Assembly (NCBI GenBank): GCA_963748035.1
Contig: CAVVHO010000003.1
Location: 646,500-710,499, forward strand
Length of the DNA: 64,000 bases
Direction of reading: 5' to 3'
DNA from: an uncultured Gemmatimonadales bacterium
Lineage (GTDB): Bacteria > Gemmatimonadota > Gemmatimonadetes > Gemmatimonadales > GWC2-71-9
Shown: piece by piece, positions 37,404 to 48,327 of the stretch
How positions within the stretch are numbered: position 1 is the stretch's first letter
How the letters are laid out: the number at the start of each line of letters is the position of its first letter
Notes under the pieces: model-generated
Database searches by the model: none
What the model was told of the DNA's origin: nothing
What the model saw: the letters and a program-made list of their open reading frames with translations, nothing else
Translations under genes and position numbers: made by a program

Positions 37404-38728
37404 GGCGAACCTGGGATTCCCTCGGGAATTTGATGCTCCGCGGTGTTTCCAGTGATGCCGATAGGCCCCCGGACCGCGCCCGCTCGCCACGGCCAGGTGA
37501 TCAAGCGCGCCCCGCGTTGATAGGTGGCGTAGGCCCACGCCCACTCGAGCAGCACTACCACCCGATTGCGGAAACCAATCAGGAAGAAGATGTGGACGAA
37601 GATCCAGATCAGCCACGCGAGCAGCCCACCGAAGCGGAAGCGCCAGATATCGGCCACTGCGTGTCCACGCCCAATGACGGCGAGCTGGCCGCGGTCCCAA
37701 TATGAGAAGGGGCGCCGGGGGCGATTGTTGAGATCTCCGATGATAACACGAGCAGCGTATTGGCCCATCTGGATTGCGACTGGGCAAACGCCCGGGAGGA
37801 TGCCGAGTCGATCGTCGCGAAAGGCGGCCGCGTCGCCCAGGACGAATACTTCAGGGTGTCCAGGGATGGTCGAGTCGGGTTCCACGATGACGCGGCCGGC
37901 CCGATCCAGAGGGACACCCAGGGTGCGGGTGAGCGGGCTGGCCGCATTGCCGGCGGCCCAGACGACATTCTGGGTCGGAATGGTCCAGCCACCTGCGACG
38001 ACATAGCCGGGCCGGATGTCGGTGACCATGGTCTCCACTCGCACCTCGACGCCGAGCCGCCGGAGCTCGTGTTTGGCGCGTTCGGAGAGCTGCGCCGGGT
38101 AGCTCGGCAAAAGCCTCGGGCCACCTTCCAGGAGCATGACTGTGGCTTCGCGGGGATCGATGTGGCGAAAGTCCTTTCGAAGCGCATAGCGCCGGATCTC
38201 TGCCAGCGCGCCCGCGACCTCGACCCCGGTTGGACCGCCGCCCACAATGATGAATGTGAGGTGCGCGTGACGACGAACCGGGTCGCTCTCACGCTCGGCG
38301 CGCTCGAACGAGAGCAGCACTCGCCTCCGGATCTCCTCAGCGTCTTCAAGGCTCTTTAGCCCCGGGGCCAACGGTTCCCACTCGTCGTGACCGAAATAGG
38401 AATGCCGGGCGCCGGTCGCCAGAATCAGATAGTCGTAGCTTATAGTACTACGATCGGTGAGGGCCACCTGACGCCGTTCGGTGTCGATGGTCGCGACGTC
38501 GCCGAGCAACACTTCCACATTCCGCTGGTGACTCAGGATTGAGCGAATAGGTGAGGCGATATCGCTCGCCGCGAGGCCGGCAGTCGCCACCTGGTACAGC
38601 ATGGGCTGAAAGAGGTGATGATTCTGGCGATCGATCAGGGTAATGCGAACCCGGGCATGGGCGAGTCCTTTCGCGGCGTACAGTCCGGCGAAGCCGCCAC
38701 CGACAATCACCACATGCAGGTCAGTCAC
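37400..38728 (-). CDS. ndh: Type II NADH dehydrogenase
   Basis: GGGFAG, HHLFQPMLYQVAT, GGGPTGVE, WAAG, GDAA, VAIQMG. Confidence 0.9.
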   Translation of the reverse strand: MTDLHVVIVGGGFAGLYAAKGLAHARVRITLIDRQNHHLFQPMLYQVATAGLAASDIASPIRSILSHQRNVEVLLGDVATIDTERRQVALTDRSTISYDYLILATGARHSYFGHDEWEPLAPGLKSLEDAEEIRRRVLLSFERAERESDPVRRHAHLTFIIVGGGPTGVEVAGALAEIRRYALRKDFRHIDPREATVMLLEGGPRLLPSYPAQLSERAKHELRRLGVEVRVETMVTDIRPGYVVAGGWTIPTQNVVWAAGNAASPLTRTLGVPLDRAGRVIVEPDSTIPGHPEVFVLGDAAAFRDDRLGILPGVCPVAIQMGQYAARVIIGDLNNRPRRPFSYWDRGQLAVIGRGHAVADIWRFRFGGLLAWLIWIFVHIFFLIGFRNRVVVLLEWAWAYATYQRGARLITWPWRAGAVRGPIGITGNTAEHQIPEGIPGSP

Positions 38729-38987
38729 TCAGGATCCTTCGTCGCCAGCGGGCGAAACGCAGAACATCCTCGACCGGAGGAAGCGCACGCTCCTCGCCGT
38801 ACGCAGTGTGGAGACGCCACGCGAGATACTCTCGGTTGGGGAGCGGCAGGAACGGGGGCTGTCGCCACCAGTCGCGCCGGCGGAACGCCCAGGAGAGCGA
38901 CAGGAGATCGAAGGCCACACGGGGACTCAAGAGAGCACGGCCCGTCAGGCGAAGGACGAGTCCACTCATACCACTCGGCTCGGGCAT
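38721..38987 (-). CDS. Hypothetical protein (88 aa)
   Basis: WWRQPPFLPLPNREYLAWRLHTAYG; 8-nt overlap with the ndh start; TATCTT 6 nt before ATG. Confidence 0.7.
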   Translation of the reverse strand: MPEPSGMSGLVLRLTGRALLSPRVAFDLLSLSWAFRRRDWWRQPPFLPLPNREYLAWRLHTAYGEERALPPVEDVLRFARWRRRILSD

Positions 38988-39021
38988 GCGACGAAGATAA
39001 CAGCAGTATATTGTCCCCTCC

Positions 39022-40170
39022 ATGACCGCCACCACCCAGGCCCGGTCGCTCTCACGCTATCGGGACGAGTTCCCGATTTTCCGGCACACCCGCTATCTCA
39101 ACAGCTGCTCGCTGGGAGCGCTGTCAGCGCGTACTCGCCTCGGGATGGCGGAGTACCTGGATTTGTGGGACCGACGCGGTGCGTCGGCATGGTACGACAC
39201 CTGGCTGCCGGCGGTGGAGACGCTGCGGGCGGGGTATGGGCGCGTGGTCGGCGCCGAGCCCGATTCGATCTCGATTCATCCCTCGATTTCGTCGGCACTC
39301 TCGGTTGTGGCGGAGTCACTGGACTACACCGCTCGGCCGCGGGTGGTGACCACCAGTCTCGACTTTCCGACAGTGGCCTACCAATGGCTCGCCAAGGCGG
39401 CTCGGGGCGTCGAGGTTGTGGTGGTCGAGAGTCCTGACGGAGTCACCGTGCCACTGGAACGTCTGAGCGACGCAATCGACGAACGAACCGCCCTGGTCGC
39501 GACGAGCCACGTGTTCTTTGCCTCTGGTGCGATCCAGGATCTCGCCGCAGTGAGTGCTTTGGCACATGCCAACGGGGCCCTATTTCTCGCGGATGGCTAT
39601 CAGGCGGCTGGGCAAATCCCGGTGGAGGTCGAACGTCTGGGGGTGGACTTCTACTGCGGCGGAGGGCTCAAGTGGCTGTTGGGTGGATCCGGTATCGCGT
39701 TCCTGTATGTGCGCCCCGAGCTGCATGAGCGGCTAGAGCCAGGAGTGACCGGCTGGTTTGCGCATGCGGCCCCCTTTCGCTTCGATGCCAAAGTGCTCGA
39801 GCGGGCCAGCGATGCGCATCGCTTTGACATGGGGACGCCGGCGATGGGCTCGGTGTACGCACAGCTCGCCGGCCTGGCGATCATCGAAGAGATCGGTCTT
39901 GCAGCGATTCACGAGGCCACGGCGGTGCTCGCTGAGGACCTGATTGCACTCACCGTGGAGCGCGGCCTCCAGCCCAGCGTTGCTCCGAGCCGCGCGGAAC
40001 GCAGCGCCATCGTGATGCTGCCGCGGCGGGATCCGCACAACGATGTGCGGCACCTGGCTGAATGCGGTTTCATCGTCGATGCCCGACCGGGACACCTGCG
40101 GATCTCCCCCTATTTCTACAATCTTCTCGAGGACCACCGATTGCTGGTGGAACACCTGAGTGGCGAATAG
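39022..40170 (+). CDS. Class V PLP aminotransferase (kynureninase/cysteine desulfurase-like)
   Basis: YLNSCSLG, DFPT, DGYQAAG, GGLKWLLGG (PLP lysine), RISPYFYN. Confidence 0.88.
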   Translation: MTATTQARSLSRYRDEFPIFRHTRYLNSCSLGALSARTRLGMAEYLDLWDRRGASAWYDTWLPAVETLRAGYGRVVGAEPDSISIHPSISSALSVVAESLDYTARPRVVTTSLDFPTVAYQWLAKAARGVEVVVVESPDGVTVPLERLSDAIDERTALVATSHVFFASGAIQDLAAVSALAHANGALFLADGYQAAGQIPVEVERLGVDFYCGGGLKWLLGGSGIAFLYVRPELHERLEPGVTGWFAHAAPFRFDAKVLERASDAHRFDMGTPAMGSVYAQLAGLAIIEEIGLAAIHEATAVLAEDLIALTVERGLQPSVAPSRAERSAIVMLPRRDPHNDVRHLAECGFIVDARPGHLRISPYFYNLLEDHRLLVEHLSGE

Positions 40171-40924
40171 CAACCCGAACGACATCCGGCACAGAGACCG
40201 GCCCCGCGGCCCGACGGCTGATGAGCAGCTGCTGGAGAGCCCCAAAGTCCCCGAACGTCCGGATGCCCTCCGGAAGACCGACCCTTGGCGGGTGCTCCGG
40301 ATCATGGGAGAGTTCGTCGAGGGCTTTGAGAAGCTGGGGGACATCCAAGATGCCGTGGCCATGTTTGGGTCGGCTCGCATTGACCCCAGCGACCCGCACT
40401 ACAGCATGGCGGTCGAGACCGCCCGACTGCTCTCGGAAGCGGGCTTCCCGATCATCACCGGCGGGGGGCCGGGGATCATGGAAGCGGCGAACAAGGGGGC
40501 GGTGGAAGGGGGCGGGGTCTCGATCGGCTGCAACATCGAGCTTCCGCACGAGCAGGGAACCAATCAGTACGTGCGCCGAAGCATGTATTTCCGCTTCTTC
40601 TTCGTGCGCAAGACCATGTTCGCCAAGTACTCCATAGCGTTCGTAGTGTTTCCCGGAGGATACGGAACGCTGGACGAGCTGTTCGAAGCGCTGACCCTGA
40701 TCCAGACCGGCAAGGTGAGTGGTTTTCCTGTGGTGCTGATGGGACGGGACTACTGGCAGGGACTGGTGGACTGGCTGCGCGACACCATGGTCCGCGAGCG
40801 GAAGATCGACAAGGCGGACCTGAAGCTGTTCCGCGTGACCGACAAGCCGGCCGAGGTTCTCAAGATCATCGAGGAGGCCCGCAGGAAAGGCCAACGCAAC
40901 GGCGGTGAAGGAGTGGATGGATGA
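40160..40924 (+). CDS. LOG family (TIGR00730-like) nucleotide phosphoribohydrolase
   Basis: [40 protein letters not shown]. Confidence 0.92.
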   Translation: MANSNPNDIRHRDRPRGPTADEQLLESPKVPERPDALRKTDPWRVLRIMGEFVEGFEKLGDIQDAVAMFGSARIDPSDPHYSMAVETARLLSEAGFPIITGGGPGIMEAANKGAVEGGGVSIGCNIELPHEQGTNQYVRRSMYFRFFFVRKTMFAKYSIAFVVFPGGYGTLDELFEALTLIQTGKVSGFPVVLMGRDYWQGLVDWLRDTMVRERKIDKADLKLFRVTDKPAEVLKIIEEARRKGQRNGGEGVDG

Positions 40925-42051
40925 CGCGACCCAGCGCGCAGTACCTCCGTGGCAAACGCATCAATCCGCAGGCAATCACCGGCCGGGAGACTGCGGCGGA
41001 CCTGATCGATGATGCCTTTCTTGCCTATAACGCCGGTCGTCTGCGGGAAGGGTGCCTGCTCTTCACCGAGCGGATGCTGGCGCCGGACACGACGGTTGCG
41101 ATGAGTCTTACCGGCGCAATGACTCCCGCCGGACTCGGCATGAGCTGCCTGATCCCGCTCATGGAAGCTGGTTTCGTCGACTGGATCATCTCCACCGGTG
41201 CGAACCTGTATCACGATGCGCACTTCGGCCTTGGGCTCGCCCTGCATCAGGGGACTCACACCGCCGACGACGTCGAACTCCGCGACAACGGGGTGGTGCG
41301 CATTTATGACATCTTCTTCGACTACTCGGTGCTGCTCTCGACGGACGCGTTTGTGCGCGAGGTCTCAGCCGGGCCGGAGTTTCAACGGGCGATGAGCACC
41401 GCCGAATACCACTACTTGCTCGGGGGGTACCTGCGGGAGCGGGAGAAGGCGCTAGGGCTCAGCAAGCGTTCCGTCCTCTCTATCGCGCACGAGCTGGAGG
41501 TCCCGCTGTACACCAGCTCGCCGGGTGATAGTTCCATCGGAATGAATGTGGCGGAACAAGCACTGGCGGGGAGCCGGCTGCGATTCGACGTCAGCGCGGA
41601 CGTCAATGAGACCGCCGCGATCGTCTTGGAGGCGAAGCGGACGGGCGGGAAGAGCGGCGCATTCATCGTGGGCGGCGGGAGTCCCAAGAACTTTCTGCTG
41701 CAGACTGAGCCGCAGATCCAGGAAGTACTCGGTATCGATGAGCGAGGCCACGATTTCTTCTTGCAGATGACGGACGCGCGACCGGACACCGGGGGGCTCA
41801 GCGGCGCCACGCCCAACGAGGCGGTGAGCTGGGGGAAGATCGACCCCGATCAGCTGCCGGGGACGGTGGTGGTCTATATGGACAACTCTGTGGCACTTCC
41901 GCTGCTTACCGCCTACGCGCTGGCGCGCCACGCCCCGCGGCCGCTCAAGCGACTATACGCCCGCCGGCAGGCGATGATGGAACGATTGGTCACCGAATAC
42001 AAGGCAGCGTTGGCATTTCGGGATCGTCGGGCTGTGGAGGCCAAGGCCTAG
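40921..42051 (+). CDS. Deoxyhypusine synthase-like protein (bacterial; homospermidine synthase candidate)
   Basis: [42 protein letters not shown] (catalytic Lys retained). Confidence 0.92.
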   Translation: MTRPSAQYLRGKRINPQAITGRETAADLIDDAFLAYNAGRLREGCLLFTERMLAPDTTVAMSLTGAMTPAGLGMSCLIPLMEAGFVDWIISTGANLYHDAHFGLGLALHQGTHTADDVELRDNGVVRIYDIFFDYSVLLSTDAFVREVSAGPEFQRAMSTAEYHYLLGGYLREREKALGLSKRSVLSIAHELEVPLYTSSPGDSSIGMNVAEQALAGSRLRFDVSADVNETAAIVLEAKRTGGKSGAFIVGGGSPKNFLLQTEPQIQEVLGIDERGHDFFLQMTDARPDTGGLSGATPNEAVSWGKIDPDQLPGTVVVYMDNSVALPLLTAYALARHAPRPLKRLYARRQAMMERLVTEYKAALAFRDRRAVEAKA

Positions 42052-42084
42052 AGCGACCCAGGCCGGGAAGGCAGTGCCCCCTGC

Positions 42085-42429
42085 CTACCGGGCCCCCCGA
42101 AACATCAGATCCACCAACTCCTCGTACATCGCCTCCGTCGCTGCCGGATCGTCCGATCGGATAGCGGCGGAAGCGCAGTGCTTCAGGTGATTTCGCAGCA
42201 GCTCACGACCAACCCCGCGGAGCGCCTCCTGTACTGAGGTCATCTGGGTAATCACGTCGGTGCAGTAGCGCTCCTCCTCCACCATTCGCTGCAGACCCCG
42301 AACCTGGCCCTCAATCCGCCGCAGGCGGGTGAGCACCCCGGCCTTGATCTCCGGGTCAACAGCCACGGCCCTCCGTTCTCCATCGGTGGTGCCGCAGGCG
42401 CAGGGAACTGTGGGCTGCAGATCACTCAT
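42085..42429 (-). CDS. csoR: CsoR family copper-sensing repressor
   Basis: RLRRIEGQVRGLQRMVEEERYCTDV...HLKHC (Cys/His/Cys ligands); extra N-terminal CACG. Confidence 0.92.
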   Translation of the reverse strand: MSDLQPTVPCACGTTDGERRAVAVDPEIKAGVLTRLRRIEGQVRGLQRMVEEERYCTDVITQMTSVQEALRGVGRELLRNHLKHCASAAIRSDDPAATEAMYEELVDLMFRGAR

Positions 42430-42517
42430 TTGGCTACCTCCAACTCAAGCGTGACCGGTGAAGGGAGAAGCGTGAAACTGTGAGAGGCGAGATAGACTTC
42501 ACGGGAGTGGGCCCGTT

Positions 42518-44824
42518 TCACGATTCAGCTTTCAGACTTGGTCTTGCCTGGCCCCTCAAACGAAGGCTGTTCGACACGACGCTAACCGAACTCATCGCCA
42601 TCGCGGCAGCGGCTAGGGCTGGACTGAGTCGCCACCCGACTATCGGGTACAGAGCGCCGGCTGCCACAGGTATGCAGATGACGTTGTAAATGAATGCCCA
42701 AAAGAGGTTCTGGCGGATGATCCTGAGGGCGGCGCGGCTCAGGCCGATCGCCGTAGCGACACCGTGCAGATCTCCGCGCACTAGCGTTATCTGCCCGGCG
42801 CTCATCGCGACATCGGTACCGGTGCCCATCGCGATCCCGACATCGGCCTGCGCCAGGGCGGGGGCGTCGTTGATGCCGTCGCCGACCATGGCTACGACCT
42901 TGCCTTCCGTCTGGAGCCGACGGATCTCCACCAGTTTCTCCTCTGGAAGGACCTCGGCCATAACCCGGCTGATGCCCACTTGTGAGGCGACCGCTTCGGC
43001 CGCCGCTCGCTGATCTCCGCTCAGCATCACGACATCGATTCCGGCGGACCGAAGGGTCGCGATGGCCTGGCTGCTGGTCGCTCTGATGGGGTCCGCGACG
43101 ACAATCTCGCCTGCGAAGGCACCGTCAACGGTGACGTAGACGCTGGTCTCGGTGGATCCCCCTGCTGCCCCAAGGCCAAGACGCTCGAGCATTCTCCTGT
43201 TCCCAACGGCGACACGGCGGCCATCCACCACGCCCCTTACCCCGACACCGGATTCGCTTTCGAAGGACTCCGGCTGGGGCAGTTCGAGACGACGATCTTC
43301 AGCGGCGCGCACAATTGCACCGGCCAGCGGGTGTTCGCTCGGCCGCTCCAGGGCGGCGGCCAGGCGGAGGAGCTCCCCGGAAGTCCACTGCTCCGCGGTT
43401 TCGATCCGGGTCACGGTCGGCTTGCCCTCCGTTATGGTCCCGGTCTTGTCCAGAAGGACGGTGTCGACCGCGCCGGCCCGCTCCAGCGATTCGCCCCCCT
43501 TGATCAAGATGCCCAGCTCCGCCCCGTGCCCCGTGGCCACCATCACGGCCGTGGGCACCGCCAAACCCATGGCGCAGGGGCACGCGATGATCAGTACTGA
43601 AACCGCTGAAACCAGCGCGTTCAGGGCGCGCGGCTCGGGCCCCAAGGCCCACCACGCCACAAACGTGGCGAGCGCAATTGCCATCACGACGGGTACAAAC
43701 ACGGCCGAGATGCGATCAGCGAGGCGCTGAATAGGCGGCCTGTTCCCTTGCGCGTCGCGGACCAGGCGGAGAATTCGGGAGAGCACGGTGTCGCGGCCCA
43801 CCCTGAGCGCCCGCATCCTCAGAGAACCGTTCCCGTTGAGGGTCCCGGCCACCACCTCGTCTCCCGCCTGGCGGGTTACCGGAAGAGGCTCGCCGGTAAG
43901 CATGGACTCGTCCACCGCACTCGTGCCGTCCACGACCAGGCCGTCTACCGGGATCCGCTGACCTGGGCGGACCCGCAGCTCATCCCCCGGAAGCACCGAG
44001 GCGATGGGGACCTCCTCCTCGGTGGTTCCCGTGATTCGGGTAGCGAACTCGGGGCGAAGGCCGGCGAGGCGGCGCACGGCAGCACCGGTCCGGTGCATGG
44101 CGCTGGTCTCGAACAAGCTGCCCAGCAGGAGGAGGGCGACAATCCACACAACTGCTTCGTAGTACACCTCGGGGGTGAGGCCGTGTGCGTGGAACCATCC
44201 CGGCCAGAATGTGGTCGCCAGGCTGAAGGCCAGGGCGACACCGGTGCCCAGAGCGATGAGTGTGTTCATGTCCACGGCCCGATGGTATGCCGCCACCCAG
44301 GCGCGAACATAGAATTGCCTCCCGGCCCATGTGACTACCGGGAGGGTTAATCCGAGCAGTAGCACGCGGAGCAGATCCGGCGAGAGACTGAAGAGGCCGG
44401 GCAACAACTGGCGCACCGGCGTACTCAACCACATCATGAGGCGCATAAACGGATCGGGCACAGCGTGCGCCGAGTCCATGAGCGGCATACTGAGCACCAT
44501 GGTCAGCACCGCCGCAACCAGACCGAACCCAACCTTCCGACGGAGCCGGCGAAGCTCGGCGTCGCGCTCGCGATCCTCCTGATCAAGTTCCGCCTCGATC
44601 GTCAGATCCGGAGCCGGCAGCTCGGCGCCATATCCGGTTTCCCGGATGACGTTCAGGAGATCTCCGGGCGAGGTTCGTACCGGATCGTAGGCGACGGTGG
44701 CGGAATTGGTCATCAGGTTCACGGTCGCCGCAGTCACACCGGGCGACTTCTCGAGCGAGCGCTGGATCCGGGCGCTACACGCGGCGCAGGTCATCCCGGT
44801 GACGTGAATCGTAGAATCAGACAC
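42518..44824 (-). CDS. copA: Cu(I)-translocating P1B-1 ATPase
   Basis: [31 protein letters not shown] and MAMSS motifs; GTG 44824 overlaps the copZ end. Confidence 0.96.
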   Translation of the reverse strand: MSDSTIHVTGMTCAACSARIQRSLEKSPGVTAATVNLMTNSATVAYDPVRTSPGDLLNVIRETGYGAELPAPDLTIEAELDQEDRERDAELRRLRRKVGFGLVAAVLTMVLSMPLMDSAHAVPDPFMRLMMWLSTPVRQLLPGLFSLSPDLLRVLLLGLTLPVVTWAGRQFYVRAWVAAYHRAVDMNTLIALGTGVALAFSLATTFWPGWFHAHGLTPEVYYEAVVWIVALLLLGSLFETSAMHRTGAAVRRLAGLRPEFATRITGTTEEEVPIASVLPGDELRVRPGQRIPVDGLVVDGTSAVDESMLTGEPLPVTRQAGDEVVAGTLNGNGSLRMRALRVGRDTVLSRILRLVRDAQGNRPPIQRLADRISAVFVPVVMAIALATFVAWWALGPEPRALNALVSAVSVLIIACPCAMGLAVPTAVMVATGHGAELGILIKGGESLERAGAVDTVLLDKTGTITEGKPTVTRIETAEQWTSGELLRLAAALERPSEHPLAGAIVRAAEDRRLELPQPESFESESGVGVRGVVDGRRVAVGNRRMLERLGLGAAGGSTETSVYVTVDGAFAGEIVVADPIRATSSQAIATLRSAGIDVVMLSGDQRAAAEAVASQVGISRVMAEVLPEEKLVEIRRLQTEGKVVAMVGDGINDAPALAQADVGIAMGTGTDVAMSAGQITLVRGDLHGVATAIGLSRAALRIIRQNLFWAFIYNVICIPVAAGALYPIVGWRLSPALAAAAMAMSSVSVVSNSLRLRGQARPSLKAES

Positions 44825-45029
44825 CGCCCATCGCCTCGACGCGGTATCCTGCTTCCTCAATGGCGGCCTTCGCACGGTCTGCGGCGGCCGGATCAGTTAC
44901 CTTGAGCTCAGCCCGGCCGATGCGCACCGACTTCACCTCAACGCCGGCAACAGTGCCCAGTGCACGATTGACAGCGTTGAGACAGTGACCACAGCTCATT
45001 CCGGAGATCACTAACTCAATATTTTGCAT
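44817..45029 (-). CDS. copZ: Copper chaperone CopZ (HMA)
   Basis: 70 aa, GMSCGHC, AIEEAGY. Confidence 0.93.
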   Translation of the reverse strand: MQNIELVISGMSCGHCLNAVNRALGTVAGVEVKSVRIGRAELKVTDPAAADRAKAAIEEAGYRVEAMGGV

Positions 45030-45055
45030 TGTTTTAGCCCCATGTCGCGTGGCAT

Positions 45056-45126
45056 TGGTACCCTACGGCTGCCTCAGCAACGTACAGTAGGAGTATCGGG
45101 TACACAAGTAGGTGGTGGGGGTATAC
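45056..45126. promoter_or_regulatory. Candidate CsoR operator sites in the copZ / GAF-gene divergent region
   Basis: GGTACCCTACGG, TACAGTAGGAGTAT and GTAGGTGGTGGGGGTATAC resemble the TAC-C/G-tract-GTA pseudo-palindromes bound by CsoR; imperfect. Confidence 0.4.
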
Positions 45127-45176
45127 GAAAACCGCAGACTAGAAACGGGGCACAGTCTCTGCTCGCGAAAGAGCTT

Positions 45177-46787
45177 ATGCCGTTGGACGAAGCCGAGTTC
45201 CGACAACTGATACCGCTGCTCCATCCGCGCACGCGCATCCACGATATGGATGTGCTGAAGGCGTGGTATGAAGCAGTGGCCGATGCGCTGCGAGGAGAGT
45301 TGCCGACGGACCTCCTGGCCATCTGGATTTTCGACGCAGACGGAACTCCGATCCTGCTTGAACCTGAAGCGCTCCTCGAGGACAACCTCGAGGTTCCCAG
45401 CGCCACTCCGATCGCCAATCAACACTTGCTGGATGCCCTCGAAATCCGTATCCGGCGGGCAGGGTATGGCTCGGTTGTGCTGCACCCTATCCGTCATGGT
45501 GGACAGGACGTCGGGTTACTGCTGCTTACCTGCTTCGCACCGCATGCCTATGGGGTGCGTGCTGCATCGCTGCTCGACGCCGCGGCGGATGTAATGGCTC
45601 CGATGCTCGCCCGGGTGGTCCGTGCGAGCACGGGACCGGAGGAACCCCACGCAGAACATCTTCCCGCCCTCCTGCAGGAACCCGAGGGACCGGTTTCCGA
45701 TCGAGTGCGGGACCGCGCCCGGGAGGGCACGCTATTCGAGACGCTCTCCGACGCGATTGGAGGGGCTGGCACGCCTCGCGACCTGATGCTCGCGCTTTCG
45801 TTCGCGTTGCAGCCAGTCCTTCCGCACGATGCCTACGAGTTGCTGCTGCCGGATTCTGGTGGCGAGAACTACTACCGGGTCGGATTGCATGGCCACGGCG
45901 GCCTTTGGGGCGACCCGAGCCTGGTCGCGGACCGATCCATCCTGGATCCGGCGACCATGTTTGGCGAGCATGAGTCGATCCTTGTGTGGGACGCATCCGC
46001 CTCGGAGATGACGCAGGTGCCGGAACTGATCACGATGCGCGGACCTGAGGAGCCGCCGCGAAGCCTCGTCGGCGTGAAACTCCGGGTTGTGGAGCGGCTG
46101 GTCGGATATCTGCTATTGGGCAGTGGAGGTCCGGGGTTCTACCGCGAGGAGGATGCGGCCCTGCTCGATCGCGTCGGGGCGCTGCTCGCGCCGCGGATCG
46201 ACAATCTCGTGCTCGCGTGGCAGTACAGCGTCCTCCGTGGCCAGCTCGATCTGCTCCGGCATGTGCCGATGCACTTGGCGCAGGCTGCGGAGTTGCTCGC
46301 GACCACGGTGTTTCTCGGGGAGGGGAGCCAGGTGTTCATGCAGCAGGTAGCTGCCGTGCTGCCGGTCAGAGCGCTGGAGTTCGCGGTGCGCCTCGCGGAC
46401 GATCAGCGGGTCGCAGTCGTGAAACCCGGAATTCCGACCCCGCTTGCCGATCTTCCTCAAGAACCAATAGAGGGGACCGGCGTGGCTCAGGTGGTCCGCG
46501 GGGAACTGCCGTTCTTGCTCTCGACTGAGGAACAGGATAGCGGAGGGCATGTGGCGGTGCTGGTGGTGCCACTGCGAACAGAGGGGCGCATCATCGGGGC
46601 GATGGCCATGACGGCGCTGGGCCTATCGCCCTTTTCGCGCAATGACCTTGCGCTGGCGCAGCAACTGGCTGATCTGGTGGCTCCTCACCTGGATCTGGCC
46701 CGACGCGCCGGCGCGGCGGCGACGCCGTTCATTCCGGGTTGGAAGCGTCCTACTCTCAGGCCCGATCGAGAGCCGAAGAACCAATAG
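45177..46787 (+). CDS. Multi-GAF-like domain protein with no recognisable output domain
   Basis: Repeated GAF-type endings (HPIRHGGQDVGLLLL...Y, GVKLRVVERLVGYLLLGS...FYREED, VPLRTEGRIIGAMAM...FSRND); start ATG 45177. Confidence 0.65.
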   Translation: MPLDEAEFRQLIPLLHPRTRIHDMDVLKAWYEAVADALRGELPTDLLAIWIFDADGTPILLEPEALLEDNLEVPSATPIANQHLLDALEIRIRRAGYGSVVLHPIRHGGQDVGLLLLTCFAPHAYGVRAASLLDAAADVMAPMLARVVRASTGPEEPHAEHLPALLQEPEGPVSDRVRDRAREGTLFETLSDAIGGAGTPRDLMLALSFALQPVLPHDAYELLLPDSGGENYYRVGLHGHGGLWGDPSLVADRSILDPATMFGEHESILVWDASASEMTQVPELITMRGPEEPPRSLVGVKLRVVERLVGYLLLGSGGPGFYREEDAALLDRVGALLAPRIDNLVLAWQYSVLRGQLDLLRHVPMHLAQAAELLATTVFLGEGSQVFMQQVAAVLPVRALEFAVRLADDQRVAVVKPGIPTPLADLPQEPIEGTGVAQVVRGELPFLLSTEEQDSGGHVAVLVVPLRTEGRIIGAMAMTALGLSPFSRNDLALAQQLADLVAPHLDLARRAGAAATPFIPGWKRPTLRPDREPKNQ

Positions 46788-46793
46788 CGGGGT

Positions 46794-47690
46794 CTAGCCG
46801 TTCAGCCCAGCGTGACGCAGGGCGTCGGGATGCACCGGCGGAGGATGCTGTTCGCCTTCCTTGGCCCATCGAAAGAAAATGACCCCAAACCCGAACCACA
46901 CCGGCAGGTCGCCAACCACTTTCATCAGCAATCCCGCCACCTGCTGATCCTGCTGGGCAGTCAGGGGATCGAAGATCCGCGGCGCCAACTCGTAGGTCCG
47001 GTAGAACGGAAACTCCGCGAAGGTCAGGAAAGCTGAAGGGATGATTGGTATCAGGGTCGAGGCAAAGAGGTAGGCCATCTTCATTGGTCTGCCCATCCGC
47101 ACAACTTCGGATGGCCCCATCACCGGCCACCACAGTAGCGCTCCTCCCACTAGCCAGCTGAGATCGATGAGCAAGGCGCCGGTCTGCGTCACCATGAGGG
47201 TGTCCACGACAGCCGGGATGTGGGTGACGAGAAGGATGGTGTTGAACCCGGCGAGCCCGATCCACGGTCTGCCGCCGTCCCGCAATACCCGGTTCAGGAT
47301 CGGGCGGCTCAACGCCTCGCGTATCCAGGAGGTAGGCACCGCCAGGATCAGGCACGGTGGCGCGACCATCACGAGGAGGACGTAGGTGATGGTGTGAAAG
47401 CTCGCGAGGTATCCGGCGCCCAGTGCGCCGATGGGCCAGTCGAGGGCGAGCCAAATGCTGACAACGCCCGCGAGGAACCACGCCTGCTGCTGGCGACTCG
47501 GTGGCTCGGCCCTTAATGAGCCCCTCACTCCCGGGTCGCGCTGGCTCGCTCCCAAGGGTTGCGCGGTCGTGGCTCGGCGGCTGGCGTACAGGTAAGAAAG
47601 TGCGAGGCACGCCACAAACAGCCAAACGCCGGGGTAGGCCTTCCATTCCCAGGTCCAGGGCTGTCCGGTCGCCGAGCACCACCACTGCAC
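46794..47690 (-). CDS. ctaG: Cytochrome c oxidase assembly factor CtaG (caa3 type)
   Basis: LDWPIG, SFHTITYVLLVMVAPP, WWP, DQQVAGLLMK; multi-TM. Confidence 0.85.
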   Translation of the reverse strand: MQWWCSATGQPWTWEWKAYPGVWLFVACLALSYLYASRRATTAQPLGASQRDPGVRGSLRAEPPSRQQQAWFLAGVVSIWLALDWPIGALGAGYLASFHTITYVLLVMVAPPCLILAVPTSWIREALSRPILNRVLRDGGRPWIGLAGFNTILLVTHIPAVVDTLMVTQTGALLIDLSWLVGGALLWWPVMGPSEVVRMGRPMKMAYLFASTLIPIIPSAFLTFAEFPFYRTYELAPRIFDPLTAQQDQQVAGLLMKVVGDLPVWFGFGVIFFRWAKEGEQHPPPVHPDALRHAGLNG

Positions 47691-47692
47691 TG

Positions 47693-48325
47693 TCAGCTGC
47701 CCTTCGCCATCAACTGCAGGTCCCTCGCCCAGTCAGTCTGACGGACCCCGAAGGGGTATATCACGTGGGCGAGATTGTCACGGGTGAAAGCCAGGACGAA
47801 CGCGCTGTGCCCGATGCTGTAGGTGCTGTCGTTCGGGCCGGCCTCTCGCTCGATCGGAGCAAGATGCAGTTGCTTCATCGCGCCGAAAATGGCGACGCTG
47901 TCGCCGGTGAGTCCTATGAAGCGCCGGTCGAACTTGTCGAGCCAGGTCCGAATAACTTGCGGGGTGTCCCGTGACGGGTCAGTAGTTACGAAGACCACCT
48001 TCACGCTCTGGTTCACTTCCGGACCAAGAGTCGAGAGGGCGGCCGCGATGTTGGCCATGTGTACGGGGCACACATCGGGACAGTGCGTATAGCCGAAGAA
48101 GAGCAGCGCGACGTAGCCGACTGTTTCCTTCCGGAAATCGTACGGCTTGCCGTCAGTGGTCGTCAGGGTGAAGTCGGGTTTGGGAATCGGTGGGTTAATC
48201 TTCGGACCGGCAAGCCCGTCCGGATTGAAGATCTTCGAGTCGGTGGGTTTGCAGCCGACACCAGCGAGTACGCCAATCGCCAGCAACAGAAACAGCCGGC
48301 GGAGGCGTGGCAGAGGCAGAAGCAC
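47693..48325 (-). CDS. SCO1/SenC family copper chaperone (paralog 2)
   Basis: FFGYTHCPDVC, DPSRDT, FIGLTG, YSIGH; lipoprotein-like GVGC; start 48325 (GTG) or 48331 (TTG). Confidence 0.92.
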   Translation of the reverse strand: MLLPLPRLRRLFLLLAIGVLAGVGCKPTDSKIFNPDGLAGPKINPPIPKPDFTLTTTDGKPYDFRKETVGYVALLFFGYTHCPDVCPVHMANIAAALSTLGPEVNQSVKVVFVTTDPSRDTPQVIRTWLDKFDRRFIGLTGDSVAIFGAMKQLHLAPIEREAGPNDSTYSIGHSAFVLAFTRDNLAHVIYPFGVRQTDWARDLQLMAKGS

Positions 48326-48327
48326 GG

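Noticed and set aside
40160-40924. Lysine decarboxylase annotation
   Set aside because: This is the known misannotation of LOG-family proteins; there is no PLP-binding motif
42471-42522. Split parS (CGTGAAAC ... GTTTCACG)
   Set aside because: The half-sites are in inverted order and 36 nt apart, so they cannot form a parS; better explained as part of the heptamer-repeat hairpin
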